A DNA stretch of 62,470 nt, the filler included, from Candidatus Huberarchaeum crystalense (GTDB lineage Archaea; Huberarchaeota; Huberarchaeia; Huberarchaeales; Huberarchaeaceae): assembly GCA_002790315.1 (NCBI GenBank). It is 9 parts of 9 records of this genome, joined end to end, with 100 filler letters (N's around TTAATTAATTAA, not from the genome) between each part and the next. Parts side by side here need not be neighbours in the genome. Positions count along the whole stretch, not along the records: positions 50,630 to 58,101 come from PFUW01000026.1; positions 58,202 to 62,470 come from PFUW01000030.1; 7 more parts are not named here. One strand, 5' to 3'. Positions 50,868 to 60,987 of this stretch are shown here, one piece after another. Position 1 is the first letter of the stretch. Each line of letters begins with the position of its first letter. Made by a program: the position numbers and the translations under genes. The notes under the pieces are model-generated. The model was not told the DNA's origin, did no database searches, and saw only the letters and a list, made by a program, of their open reading frames with translations.

Positions 50868-51407
50868 CTACTCTAATTTCTGTAAATTAAATGTTGCTTT
50901 AACTTCTTCATAAACTTTGCGGCCTTGCTCAATAAGTATTTTTTTATATTTTTCTTTAAGTGGGTTGAGCACGCAAACATTATAAACTCCTTGCTTCATT
51001 TCATAAACTCCTCTACCCATAGCGCGTCCAACAGCACTTATATCATCATCAATATATTCTTTTCTGTCAAATATAAATTTTCCCTTAATTTCAACTTCAA
51101 CATTACCTGTTTCTGTTGGCTGGCCTTGTGGTACTGGTTGTCTCTTTAAATTACCTTCTATTTTAACACCTATTTCATTTGCTATTTCTTTTATACAAAT
51201 ATCTTCTTCAGACAGTTTTTTTTTTGATTTTAATTCTATTTTAAACCAAAAATCAGTTGGGCTTCGCTGTTTGAAAGTGTATGTTTCGCTAATATCTCCA
51301 AAAGTGCTAAACAGTGATTTTACTTTTCCTGTTTTATATACCTTCATTGGATCATCGCCTTCATAAGTAATTATCTGCTTAAATACTTCTATTTCTTGCT
51401 TAGCCAT
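50868..51407 (-). CDS. Hypothetical protein
   Basis: 179-aa ORF starting 3 nt after the CBS gene stop. Confidence 0.7.
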   Translation of the reverse strand: MAKQEIEVFKQIITYEGDDPMKVYKTGKVKSLFSTFGDISETYTFKQRSPTDFWFKIELKSKKKLSEEDICIKEIANEIGVKIEGNLKRQPVPQGQPTETGNVEVEIKGKFIFDRKEYIDDDISAVGRAMGRGVYEMKQGVYNVCVLNPLKEKYKKILIEQGRKVYEEVKATFNLQKLE

Positions 51408-51410
51408 TTA

Positions 51411-51992
51411 TTAATTACCTCCATTTTCACCTTTCATAGCAACGCAATGTTCGCAAATCCATACTCCATCAACTAATTGTAAATTTTCTGAAAGATTATG
51501 ACACTCCTCACAATAACCTTCAATTGATTTATTTTTAATTCCTTTCTTTCTATCAAGTCCTCTTATTTTAATCATTTCGCGCTTTTTTATAATCTCTTCA
51601 GGTTTAGTGCGCAAAATATCACGGTATGTAATCAAGCCAACAATCACTTTATCTTTTTCAACAGGAAATCTTTTAACATTTTTTTTAAACATAAGATTTG
51701 TTGCTTCTGTTACGGTTGTATTTAAATTGACAGTGATTAAATCTTTAGTCATAATATCTCCTGCTTTTAGCACATAAATATTATGCCTTGGAATTGCTGA
51801 GATAATGTCGCTTTCAGTTATTATGCCTATAATATTTTTTTTTGTATCTTCAATTAACAAGGTTCCAACGCGATTTTTTTTCATAATTTTAATACAATCC
51901 ACAGCAGAAGTACTTACTGGTGCTGAAATCAATTTATATGACATTATATCTTCTACGCAAAGCTCATGGAAAAAGAAAGGCAGATTAACCAT
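51411..51992 (-). CDS. CBS-pair protein with C-terminal Zn ribbon
   Basis: VEDIMS, IGIITESDI, VGLITYRDI, CEEC...CEHC. Confidence 0.9.
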   Translation of the reverse strand: MVNLPFFFHELCVEDIMSYKLISAPVSTSAVDCIKIMKKNRVGTLLIEDTKKNIIGIITESDIISAIPRHNIYVLKAGDIMTKDLITVNLNTTVTEATNLMFKKNVKRFPVEKDKVIVGLITYRDILRTKPEEIIKKREMIKIRGLDRKKGIKNKSIEGYCEECHNLSENLQLVDGVWICEHCVAMKGENGGN

Positions 51993-52012
51993 AATATATT
52001 TGTAATAATTTG

Positions 52013-52148
52013 GTTGATGTGTGAATTGTAAAATTAGTGTAAACTAAAATTAGTTGGTGCGTAAATTGTAAAATTAGTTAGTTGATGTGTGAATTGTAAA
52101 ATTAGTGTAAACTAAAATTAGTTGGTGCGTAAATTGTAAAATTAGTTA
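52013..52148. repeat. 68-bp tandem duplication built of AAAATTAGT subrepeats
   Basis: Copies start at 52013 and 52081 and fill the region between divergent genes. Confidence 0.92.
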
Positions 52149-52187
52149 TGGTGTAAATTATGGTTGTTAGTAGCATCTAAAAATATT

Positions 52188-53012
52188 ATGTTGTTAGAGA
52201 TTCCTTATATTATAGCTTTGACATTTGCATTGCTTTTTGCATATTATGACTTAAAAAAAGGTGAAGTTGAAAATTGGGTGTCCTATTTACCCCTGGCTTT
52301 GGGTATTATGTATTGGTTTGTTGTGTTATGGCTATTCTACGAAAATTATTTATTTAATGCAATTGGAGGAGCAATATTACTTTATTTTGTTGGTCTTTTG
52401 CTTTATTATTTTGCGGGTCTTGGGGGTGCAGATGTGAGGTTTTTGGCTGGGCTGGCTGTGCTTCTTCCTGCAACACCACAAACAAACTTGTTATTTGCTG
52501 TTCCCCTTGTTTTGCTCTATAATTTCTTTATTTTATTGGTTTTTTTGGTTTTAGGACACATAGTTTATCATTTGCGCGACAACAACAAACAAATATTTGC
52601 AAATTTTAAGAGTTTTTGCCAAAAAAATTTTATTTTGGCAGGAGCAATGACTATTTATGCAGTTATTTACTTGTTTTTATTTATTTACTTTAACTTATTC
52701 GCATTTTTGCTCGGATTTATTCTTGTTTGCTCAACACTCATAGCAATGTCACAACAAGACCTATTTACAGCAAAAATTAATGTTAAAACAGCAAAATACG
52801 CTAATTTGAAAGGTAAAGAACTCAGCCAGGCTATTATAAAAAATGGAAAAATCATCGCGCCCGCATGGTCAAAAATAACCCCTTTTTTATTGAATTTATT
52901 AAAGCAAGAAAAGGTGAACTTTATTTTTATAAAAAGCTCGTCTTTGCCAGTAGGAATTATTTTTCCATTGCTTGTGATATTTACTTATTTTTTTGGGGCA
53001 ATTGGTTTCTAA
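52188..53012 (+). CDS. Prepilin/preflagellin peptidase (A24)
   Basis: YYDLKKGEVEN and LGGAD catalytic Asp motifs, multiple TM segments. Confidence 0.88.
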   Translation: MLLEIPYIIALTFALLFAYYDLKKGEVENWVSYLPLALGIMYWFVVLWLFYENYLFNAIGGAILLYFVGLLLYYFAGLGGADVRFLAGLAVLLPATPQTNLLFAVPLVLLYNFFILLVFLVLGHIVYHLRDNNKQIFANFKSFCQKNFILAGAMTIYAVIYLFLFIYFNLFAFLLGFILVCSTLIAMSQQDLFTAKINVKTAKYANLKGKELSQAIIKNGKIIAPAWSKITPFLLNLLKQEKVNFIFIKSSSLPVGIIFPLLVIFTYFFGAIGF

Positions 53013-53126
53013 AAAGAATATGGCTGTCTTACACTTTTCTCTAAATATTGGTTTCTAAAAAGAATATGGCTGTCTTACACTTTTCTCTAAATATTGGTTT
53101 CTAAAAAGAATATGGCTGTCTTACAC
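53001..53126. repeat. 46-bp tandem repeat, about 2.7 copies, starting in the peptidase 3' end
   Basis: ATTGGTTTCTAAAAAGAATATGGCTGTCTTACAC at 53001, 53047, 53093. Confidence 0.95.
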
Positions 53127-53219
53127 CTTCCTCCTAAAATCATTGCTATTATTATTTTTGTGATTATAGTTTTTAGTTTTTGCTTGTATGTACTTTTATC
53201 TCACTTTTTATAAAACAAT

Positions 53220-53450
53220 ATGGCTGATGAAAAAAATGATATTGTTCTGGTTCTTGTAGTGTTAGTAATTATAGTAATATTATTATTTATTCTTATTAAT
53301 TTCCTCAACAATACTGCGCCAGGATTTATAAAGTTTGTTTTGTATAGTATTAATGGTCTTTTTACAACCATAATAAATATGTTTGGCGCAGGTTTAGGAG
53401 TATTGAAGACAATTGTAGATATTATTACTTGGCCATTTAAACAATTTTAG
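53220..53450 (+). CDS. Small membrane protein, possibly pilin-like
   Basis: N-terminal hydrophobic helix; lies between the peptidase and the ATPase. No clear class III cleavage site. Confidence 0.55.
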   Translation: MADEKNDIVLVLVVLVIIVILLFILINFLNNTAPGFIKFVLYSINGLFTTIINMFGAGLGVLKTIVDIITWPFKQF

Positions 53451-53477
53451 ATAATTGCAAATATCTAAAAAAATTAA

Positions 53478-53548
53478 GCGCGCATAGTCTAGTGGTAAGA
53501 CATCACCTTGCCAAGGTGGGGACACGGGTTCGAGTCCCGTTGTGCGCA
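53478..53548 (+). tRNA. tRNA-Gly(GCC)
   Basis: GCGCGCA/TGTGCGC acceptor, CACC-TT-GCC-AA-GGTG, ACGGG-TTCGAGT-CCCGT. Confidence 0.95.
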
Positions 53549-53566
53549 TAAAAACATAAAATACTT

Positions 53567-55939
53567 ATGGAAGATGAAAAAGAAAAACAAAACACTCTTA
53601 AAAATAAAAATTTATCCCAGGGTTCTAAAAGTTCTATGTCTGATGTTGTAAAGTCCAGTATAGATTCGCTCCAAGTCCCGCAAACAGATATTTTGCAAAT
53701 ATTACCATATATTATCGAAAAAGACAAATCAGGTGCAATTCTAAAAATAAATTTTCACAATACTTTTCAATTTGCTTCAATTGAACATTCTGATTTTGCA
53801 ATGGAACAAGTGCTTCGCATTCTTGAATTAGTAGGCAGTGTTAGCAAGATTGTACTTTCAAAGCAAATGGAATTTGAATATCCTCCAGAGCAAACAGCAA
53901 TGCTAAATGATTTTATAGATGTAATTAATTATTTAAAAAAATCATATAATGTTCTCGATCTAATACCACAGTACCAAACCCAACCAGAATATCTTGTATT
54001 GTTTTTTCAATTTCGCCACATCCTTGAAAAAATCATATATTCACATCCCATAATTGCATACACACACATCAACAAGATGCGACGAGATATAATCTACAAA
54101 GTTCAATATACAAAAGATGAGTTTAAAGATATGCATTTAGCATTTATAGACAAACACTTAACACCTTCCCTAAATCTTTTAGAAAAAACGCAAATAATTA
54201 AAAAAATAAAAGATTCTTTGCCTGGTTATGTTGGTTCGCGGGACATCTATACTACTATTTTTCATCCGCTCATAAGGCCAAGCTTTATATACACAAATAT
54301 CCAACTTAAGCCTTCTGAAGATGCTATAGAAATAAATAGCTATTCAGTTGACAATGTTAAAGTGTCAATATATAAAATTAAAGATGATATCAATTATATT
54401 TATTCAATCGAGCCGCAAGAGTATTTTTTAAGCGACACAGAATATAATATTTTAAACGAAGCCCGCAGAATCATTAGCGAATATAAACCTTTTGAAAAAA
54501 GTAGCAATGTTCAATCTGAAATGAGAAATATATTTTCTAGCATAATTTTGAATGTGTTAATTGAGCTAAATAAAAAATATAATTCATCATTCTCTTACGA
54601 AAATTTGTTAAAATTAAGAGCTATTTTGGTGCGCGAAACAGTTGGTTTTGGGATTATAGAAGTAATTTCAAATGACCCTAAAATCCAAGACATATATATA
54701 AATGCTCCTGCTGGAACTAAGCCAATATATGTTAACCACTCAATATATGGCGAATGTAAAACAAATATAGTCCCAACTATTTATGATCTGACTGCATGGG
54801 TTACTAAACTAAAAATGTTGTCAAACCGCCCGCTTGATGAATCAGTCCCAACACTCGATACATATCTTAACTTTCCTCCAAATACAAGAGTAAGAATAGC
54901 TGTTACCCACCCTCCTTTAAATGCTTATGGTATAGGATTAACCATACGTCGCCATAGAAGTAATCCTTGGACTTTGCCTTTATTTATAAAAAATAAGATG
55001 ATTAATTCTTTAGGTGCTGCGATTATTTCTTTTTTTGTGGATTATTCATCAACTTTTTTAGTTGCAGGAACGCGTGGAAGCGGAAAAACATCTTTTTTAT
55101 CATCAATGATTTTTCAAGTGTTGAACAAACATCGATTTATTATTGTAGAAGATACACGCGAAATTGATGTTGACACTATGCGAAAAAATGGTTATAATGT
55201 TGAAAGTTTGCAAGCACAATCACCTATTATTCAAACAGGCACAGAGTTGCCGGTTTCATCTGCCATAAGAGTATCTTTAAGGTTGGGTGATTCTGCGTTG
55301 ATACTTGGAGAAGTCAGAAGTGAAGAAGCAATCACATTATATGAGGCAATGCGCGTAGGTGCTCTTGCAAATATTGTCGGCGGAACAATCCATGGAGATT
55401 CTCCTTATGGTGTTTTTGACAGGGTAGTAAATGACTTGCACGTGCCAATTACAAGTTTTAAAGCAACAGACATAATTGTGATTACTAGTATAATAAAATC
55501 ACCTGGCGGACTAAAAAAAGAACGGCGCGTAACACGAATTACAGAAGTGAGAAAACGATGGACAACAGACCCTGTAAAAGAAAACGCTTTTGTTGATTTG
55601 ATGGTGTATAACGCAGAAACCGACGAGCTTGAGCCAACAGATGCGCTGCAATCAGGAGATAGTGAAATTATAAAAAGAATTTCAAGCAATGTTGTTGTGT
55701 GGAAAAATGATTGGAATTTTGTTTGGGGGGACATTATGCTTAGAAAAGCGTGGTTTGATGAACTTGTAAAAATAGGCAACTTATCCCCTGAAATGTTAGA
55801 ATCTAATTTTTATGTAACTGCTAATAGCGCTTTTCACAATATTTATGAAAATAAAACAACAGCATTGGGCTATATTAATTATGATGAAATTTTTAGAGAT
55901 CTAATGCACTGGTTAGAGTTAAAAAAGGAAAAGACATAA
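53567..55939 (+). CDS. Type II/IV secretion (pilus assembly) ATPase, VirB11/TadA family
   Basis: DPKIQDIYIN, GTRGSGKT, VEDTRE, LRLG...GEVRSEEA, GTIHG, RRVTRITEV. Confidence 0.92.
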   Translation: MEDEKEKQNTLKNKNLSQGSKSSMSDVVKSSIDSLQVPQTDILQILPYIIEKDKSGAILKINFHNTFQFASIEHSDFAMEQVLRILELVGSVSKIVLSKQMEFEYPPEQTAMLNDFIDVINYLKKSYNVLDLIPQYQTQPEYLVLFFQFRHILEKIIYSHPIIAYTHINKMRRDIIYKVQYTKDEFKDMHLAFIDKHLTPSLNLLEKTQIIKKIKDSLPGYVGSRDIYTTIFHPLIRPSFIYTNIQLKPSEDAIEINSYSVDNVKVSIYKIKDDINYIYSIEPQEYFLSDTEYNILNEARRIISEYKPFEKSSNVQSEMRNIFSSIILNVLIELNKKYNSSFSYENLLKLRAILVRETVGFGIIEVISNDPKIQDIYINAPAGTKPIYVNHSIYGECKTNIVPTIYDLTAWVTKLKMLSNRPLDESVPTLDTYLNFPPNTRVRIAVTHPPLNAYGIGLTIRRHRSNPWTLPLFIKNKMINSLGAAIISFFVDYSSTFLVAGTRGSGKTSFLSSMIFQVLNKHRFIIVEDTREIDVDTMRKNGYNVESLQAQSPIIQTGTELPVSSAIRVSLRLGDSALILGEVRSEEAITLYEAMRVGALANIVGGTIHGDSPYGVFDRVVNDLHVPITSFKATDIIVITSIIKSPGGLKKERRVTRITEVRKRWTTDPVKENAFVDLMVYNAETDELEPTDALQSGDSEIIKRISSNVVVWKNDWNFVWGDIMLRKAWFDELVKIGNLSPEMLESNFYVTANSAFHNIYENKTTALGYINYDEIFRDLMHWLELKKEKT

Positions 55940-56078
55940 CACTAACACAAGTGTCGCAGTAGCTTCAGCAGACTAATATATATAAATCCTGTATCTCTTG
56001 GGTTGAGTGGNNNNNNNNNGAATTTGGCTCATTGCTCTTGTTATCTTATTTAAAGATGCTAACCTTCTATAAAAACAT

Positions 56079-56140
56079 TAAGCATATGATGAAATTAACA
56101 CCCGCTGACAAATGATGAGAAGGGTAGCTGCTGATGCTTA
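56079..56140 (+). ncRNA. Box C/D guide sRNA 2
   Basis: TAAGCA/TGCTTA stem, C ATGATGA 56086-92, guide AATTAACACCCG, D' CTGA 56105-08, C' ATGATGA 56112-18, guide GAAGGGTAGCTG, D CTGA 56131-34. Both guides match this window's 23S. Confidence 0.92.
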
Positions 56141-56151
56141 TATCAAAATTC

Positions 56152-56550
56152 TCAGATAGTATCCAAGATTTTGCCACGCTTCCAAGCAATTATTTTGGCT
56201 CCAATATATTTGGCGCGCGCCTGCAAATCTTTGTCATTTGTAACCAAAACAATCTCTTTGTTTTGGCGGCGTAAGTTTTTAATTAGGTCAATAATGTTAG
56301 AATCAATATCTTGATTAGAGTTAGTTTCAGTTATTTTTAATTTTCTAATTTTAATAAGATCTAAAGCAATTTTTGCCGCCTGTTTGTCTTTGCCTTTTTT
56401 GGTTTTTTTTGCAACTTTGATTAGTTCTTCACAGATAAAAGATGAAACAAGCAACTCATATTCGCCAAACAAACGATTCAATTCTCTAAAAATATCAACT
56501 TTCTGACGAACTCCTGCAATCCACGCATTTGTATCTATTATAATTAACAT
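56152..56550 (-). CDS. PIN-domain protein (Fcf1/Utp24-like)
   Basis: IIIDTNAW, VDIFREL, EEL, DIDSNI, VTNDKDL. Confidence 0.88.
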   Translation of the reverse strand: MLIIIDTNAWIAGVRQKVDIFRELNRLFGEYELLVSSFICEELIKVAKKTKKGKDKQAAKIALDLIKIRKLKITETNSNQDIDSNIIDLIKNLRRQNKEIVLVTNDKDLQARAKYIGAKIIAWKRGKILDTI

Positions 56551-56671
56551 ATTTTTTTTATTTGATCTACTACCACGACCAACCAACACAACCAAGCCAA
56601 ATTATTTATAAGTTTTTCAGAGGATTTTTATAGAACTTACTGACTAACTAACTTAATTAATTAACTTATTA

Positions 56672-56772
56672 TTAAGATGATTTTTGTATTTTTAAACAAA
56701 TTTTAGGTAAAATAAATCTTTGTATTTTTAAGATGATTTTTGTATTTTTAAACAAATTTTAGGTAAAATAAA
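56672..56772. repeat. Tandem duplication, period about 56 bp
   Basis: TTAAGATGATTTTTGTATTTTTAAACAAATTTTAGGTAAAATAAA at 56672 and 56728. Confidence 0.9.
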
Positions 56773-56856
56773 CTCTTATTTTTCAAAAAACAAACAATAA
56801 CATCTATATTTAAATAAACTGTTCCTTCCTTTTTAAACATCTCTCAAAACAATATT

Positions 56857-57156
56857 ATGGGGATGGAAACAATTTATGCAGCATTGCTTTTGCACGAGGT
56901 CAAACAACCAGCAAATGAAGAAAATCTGAAAAAAGTTCTTCAAGCAACTGGCGCGCAAGTAGACAACGCAATTGTAAAAGCAACAGTCGCAAGCTTAGAA
57001 AATGTGAATATTGAAGAGGCAATCGCAAACGCGAGTGTCGTAGCAGCTCCGGCAGTAGCAGCAAGTGCATCTCCTGCATCTTCTGAAAAAAAGAAAGAAG
57101 AAAAAAAAGAAGTTGGTGATGAAGCAGCAGCTGGTTTGAGCGCGCTCTTTGGATAA
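56857..57156 (+). CDS. rpl12p: Ribosomal stalk protein P1 (L12p)
   Basis: IYAALLLH...Ala-rich hinge...[10 protein letters not shown]. Confidence 0.96.
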   Translation: MGMETIYAALLLHEVKQPANEENLKKVLQATGAQVDNAIVKATVASLENVNIEEAIANASVVAAPAVAASASPASSEKKKEEKKEVGDEAAAGLSALFG

Positions 57157-57314
57157 ATTTAATGTAAAGTTGTGCAGTATTCAAATAAATTAATATTGTT
57201 GTGTGCTATTTAAATAAATTTAATGTAAAGTTGTGCAGTATTCAAATANNNNNNNNCAGAACAATATAAGAAAGCACAACAAAAGACAATCAAATAATAT
57301 AATGCTTAAACCAG

Positions 57315-57530
57315 CTAAGCTTCGGTCCTTGTCTCAACCAAGCGAACAAGCATGCCTTTTTCCACAGGTCCTGACACATTTCTATTTATAATTTTATCTT
57401 TATCTCGCCCACTCAAAATTTTTACTTTAACAAATGTTACATTCTTTCCACTGCCCGCGCCCTTATCTCCAACTTCAATAATCTCACCTAACGAAGGAAA
57501 TTCTTGTTGTTGGGGGTTTGGTGCAGCCAT
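57315..57530 (-). CDS. rps28e: Ribosomal protein eS28
   Basis: VKVKILSGRDKDKIINRNVSGPVEKG..L.ET..EA; follows L7Ae. Confidence 0.92.
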   Translation of the reverse strand: MAAPNPQQQEFPSLGEIIEVGDKGAGSGKNVTFVKVKILSGRDKDKIINRNVSGPVEKGMLVRLVETRTEA

Positions 57531-57531
57531 T

Positions 57532-57930
57532 TTATTGAGTTTGTTCTTGCTGTGGTTTTGATGTCTCTGCACTAAGAGTTGTTATTTTTTGTGTAAATTT
57601 TTTAAGTTCGTCTTCTAATTTTCCAGCTTCAACAACTGCTATTGACGCAGAACCTACACTTATACCTGCTGCAATTCCAAGATTTTTTTTAGTGTTTATA
57701 AATATATATGGAACCTTTTTTTCATTACACAAAGGAGGCAAGACAGCCACAATTTCTTCAGGAGAGACATCCATCGCTATATAAACAATTTTTGCTTGGC
57801 TACGCTCAATCGCTTTTATAACCTCATTAGTGCCTTTTTTTATATTTCCTGTTTTCGCTATTTGTTGAAGAAGATTTAGTGCTTCTTTTTGCGTGTCCTC
57901 AGGAACTTCAAAGGTTTGATAGTTTAACAT
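57532..57930 (-). CDS. rpl7ae: L7Ae (eL8), K-turn binding protein
   Basis: IKKGTNEVIKAIER, DVSPEEIVAVLPPLCNEKKVPY, LGIAAG. Confidence 0.96.
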   Translation of the reverse strand: MLNYQTFEVPEDTQKEALNLLQQIAKTGNIKKGTNEVIKAIERSQAKIVYIAMDVSPEEIVAVLPPLCNEKKVPYIFINTKKNLGIAAGISVGSASIAVVEAGKLEDELKKFTQKITTLSAETSKPQQEQTQ

Positions 57931-58233
57931 AATATATTGTGTAAATTTTCACATAAAATATTTTAAGTATTTTTCTTTGATTAGATGCGCGGTTGTGTAT
58001 AGCGTATTTATACAATATATGTTAAATAGGCGCGGCAAAAAAAGACAAAAAATCACAAGAAGTTTCTGCACAACAAGTATTTAAAAATAAGGCGCGCGCC
58101 CNNNNNNNNNNNNNNNNNNNNNNNNNNNNNNNNNNNNNNNNNNNNTTAATTAATTAANNNNNNNNNNNNNNNNNNNNNNNNNNNNNNNNNNNNNNNNNNN
58201 NTGTAAGCAATAAAAAACTTAATCCTACTCAAA

Positions 58234-58306
58234 TGAGGCAGGTGGGAGTTGAACCCACGACTTCTAGATCTTCAGTCTAGCACTCTCCCAGCTGAGTTAC
58301 CGCCTC
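58234..58306 (-). tRNA. tRNA-Phe(GAA)
   Basis: Reverse complement GAGGCGG...CTAGA-CT-GAA-GA-TCTAG...GTGGG-TTCAACT-CCCAC-CTGCCTC-A. Confidence 0.95.
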
Positions 58307-58414
58307 ATAAACTATAATATTTTTATAGTTTTGTTTTATATTTTATGTTTTATATTTTCAGCATTTGATTTGTAAATTGCAAAGTTTGTTTGATTTTACA
58401 AAATCAAAAAGTTT

Positions 58415-60987
58415 ATGGTTTATCTCTCAAAACTTACAATAAAAAATTTCAAATCGTTTGCAGGAGTGCATGAAATTCCTATTGACAACAACTTTACATT
58501 GTTTGTTGGGCCAAACGGCTCAGGAAAAAGCAATATAATCGACGCGCTTTGCTTTGTTTTAGGAAAAAGTTCGGCAAAATCAATGCGCGCAGACCAACTT
58601 GACAAACTTATTAATCAGAACCCTGCAATAAAAGATGCGAGTGTCTCAATTGATTTAGACAATAGTGACCTACTTTTGCCCTTTGACGAAAAAACAATCG
58701 TAATTAAACGAACAATCAACAGGAACAAAGAAAGCAAATATTTTTTAAATGGAAAAAAGGAGCAGCGTCAGAAAATTCTTGAAATTTTGAACATAGCAAA
58801 CATAGATCCAGATGGGCATAATATTGTACTTCAAAATGATCTTTTGAGAATAATTTTGCTTTCAGACCTTGAAAAACGAAAAATTATTGAAGACCTTTGT
58901 GGAATTGCAACTTTTGATGGAAAAATCGAGATATCTAGAAAAAAACTTGATTGTGTAGAGCAAAATTTGCGTGAAGTTAACATAATCCTGCGAGAAAGGC
59001 AAAAAATTGTGGAAAACTATGAGAAGGAGCGCGCAAAATTTGAAAAGCACCAAAAATTAATGAGCGAACTCAAAAAAATCGATTTGACCCTTGCAAAAAT
59101 TGAATTAATTGATATAAAAAAAGAACAAATAACAAAAAAAAAAGAAATAGAAGAACGGCAAAAAAATCTTGAAAAAATAGATCTAACCTTAAAAGAAAAA
59201 GACATTGAAGCAGACAAAATTCGCCAAAAAATAGATAATCTGAACATTCAAATTAAAAAGAAATTTTCAGGCAAAGAGACATCAGGAAATAAAGCAATTG
59301 AATTCAAATACAAACTTGAAAACAATGAAAAAGAAATTCAAAGAAAAAAAGAAAGAATTGATGAATTAAAAGATATTCAAGCCACGCAAACAATACAACA
59401 AGTGCTTCCTGAAAGTTCAATTTCTAAGGAACTGAAAAAAATTGTTGAAGGATATTATGGAACTGTTGGAGAATTGTTGCGTTTTGATTCTCAATACACT
59501 CTTCCTTTAAAAATGGTGATAGGCAGGCAAATTAATAATATTGTTGTTGAGCGCGACCTTGACGCAAAGAAAGTTATTGAATGGCTAAAACAAAACCGTA
59601 TGCGCGCAACTATTTTGCCAATGTCACTCATAAAACCACAACCTCATCATCCTAATGAAAAGAACTTATCTATGCAGGCAATAGGTTTGTGCCGCGATTT
59701 TGTCAATTGCGACCCCTATTTTGGCAAACTTGTTGATTTTTTGTATGGCTCAACATTAATTGTAACTGACTTTGATGGCGGTTGTAAAATTGGCATTGGA
59801 AAAATAAGAATGGCTGCACTTGATGGGACTTTGTTCAGCACAAGTGGCGCAATTTCAGGAGGTTTTGCAGAAACATCAAAAAAAGCGCAAAACCAACCAA
59901 AACAGGTCAATTATGATGAAGAAATTAAAAAATTAGAAAGCAATATTATTTCACTTGAAAAAGAAAACTCTCAAATATTTAAGCAAATCGAGACATTGCA
60001 AAAAACAAACCAAACTCAAACAAAAGAAGATCAGCAACTTTTTGATCAGCAAGCACAACTCCAATTTGAAAGAGATGAAATTTTGAAGCAAAAAGATAGC
60101 ACTTTTTCTAAGAAAATGGAGTTCCATAGAGAGATTAATGAAAAAAAATTCAGGGTTGAAGAAATTGAAAATCAGATAAAACACCTGTTGATTGATGTAA
60201 ATAAAGATGTTAAAGATGTTGCTNNNNNNNNAATAAAGATGTTAAAGATGTTGCTGATGTAAATAAAGATAACAATTTAAAAGAAGAAGACACTAGCAAC
60301 ATAGATATAAATTCATTAAAACTGCAGCGCCTGCAATTAAATATAGAACTTTCACAATTAGGTTCTATAAACAGTGTTGCTAGTCAAGAATGCGAAGTAT
60401 ATGTGGCAAAATACCAAGAAATTATTGAGAATAAAAAACAAATTGAAGAAGAAAAAAAAGAGGTTTTAAATATAATTTCTGATATTTCATTGCGTAAAAA
60501 AAATATATTTATGCAAGCATTTAACAAAGTTTCTAAATTATTTACTAAAATTTTAAATGAAATCAGCTTTTTTGAAGGAGAAATTCAATTAAAAAATGAA
60601 CAAGATCCTTTTTTAGATGGGCTTTCTTTTGTAATCTCAAAAAAAGGAAATATTTTTGGAATTAACGCATTTTCAGGTGGAGAAAAGTCACTTGTTGCGA
60701 TTGCGTTGATCTTTGCGCTCCAAGGATATAAGCCATCTCCTTTTTACATTTTTGATGAAATTGATGCTGCTCTTGATATGAAAGTCAGCGACAAATTAGG
60801 TGAATATTTAACAAAAAAAGCAAATACTAAATTTGATGAGACAAACCAAGAAATAGAAGACATACATCATCCTCAAATCATTCAAATATCCCATAACCGC
60901 AACCTTGTTGAGTACGCTAGCAAGGTATATGGAGTCACAATGATCAACAAAGTCAGTCAAATATATGAACTCCCAAATGGAAAATAA
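58415..60987 (+). CDS. smc: Chromosome segregation protein SMC (split by N gap; short arms)
   Basis: NFKSF, GPNGSGKSNI, hinge GYYGTVGELL...LDG..SGAISGG, LGSIN, SGGEKS, PSPFYIFDEIDAALD, ISH. Frame after the gap at 60224-31 is open to 60987. Confidence 0.93.

Noticed and set aside
53478-53548. tRNAs as prophage or island attachment sites
   Set aside because: No integrase and no duplicated tRNA 3' end was found for any of the five tRNAs.
19729-60987. Split trm5, pscS, iscS, tfe and smc as frameshifts or pseudogenes
   Set aside because: Every break coincides with a short N run of arbitrary length, so these are assembly gaps.
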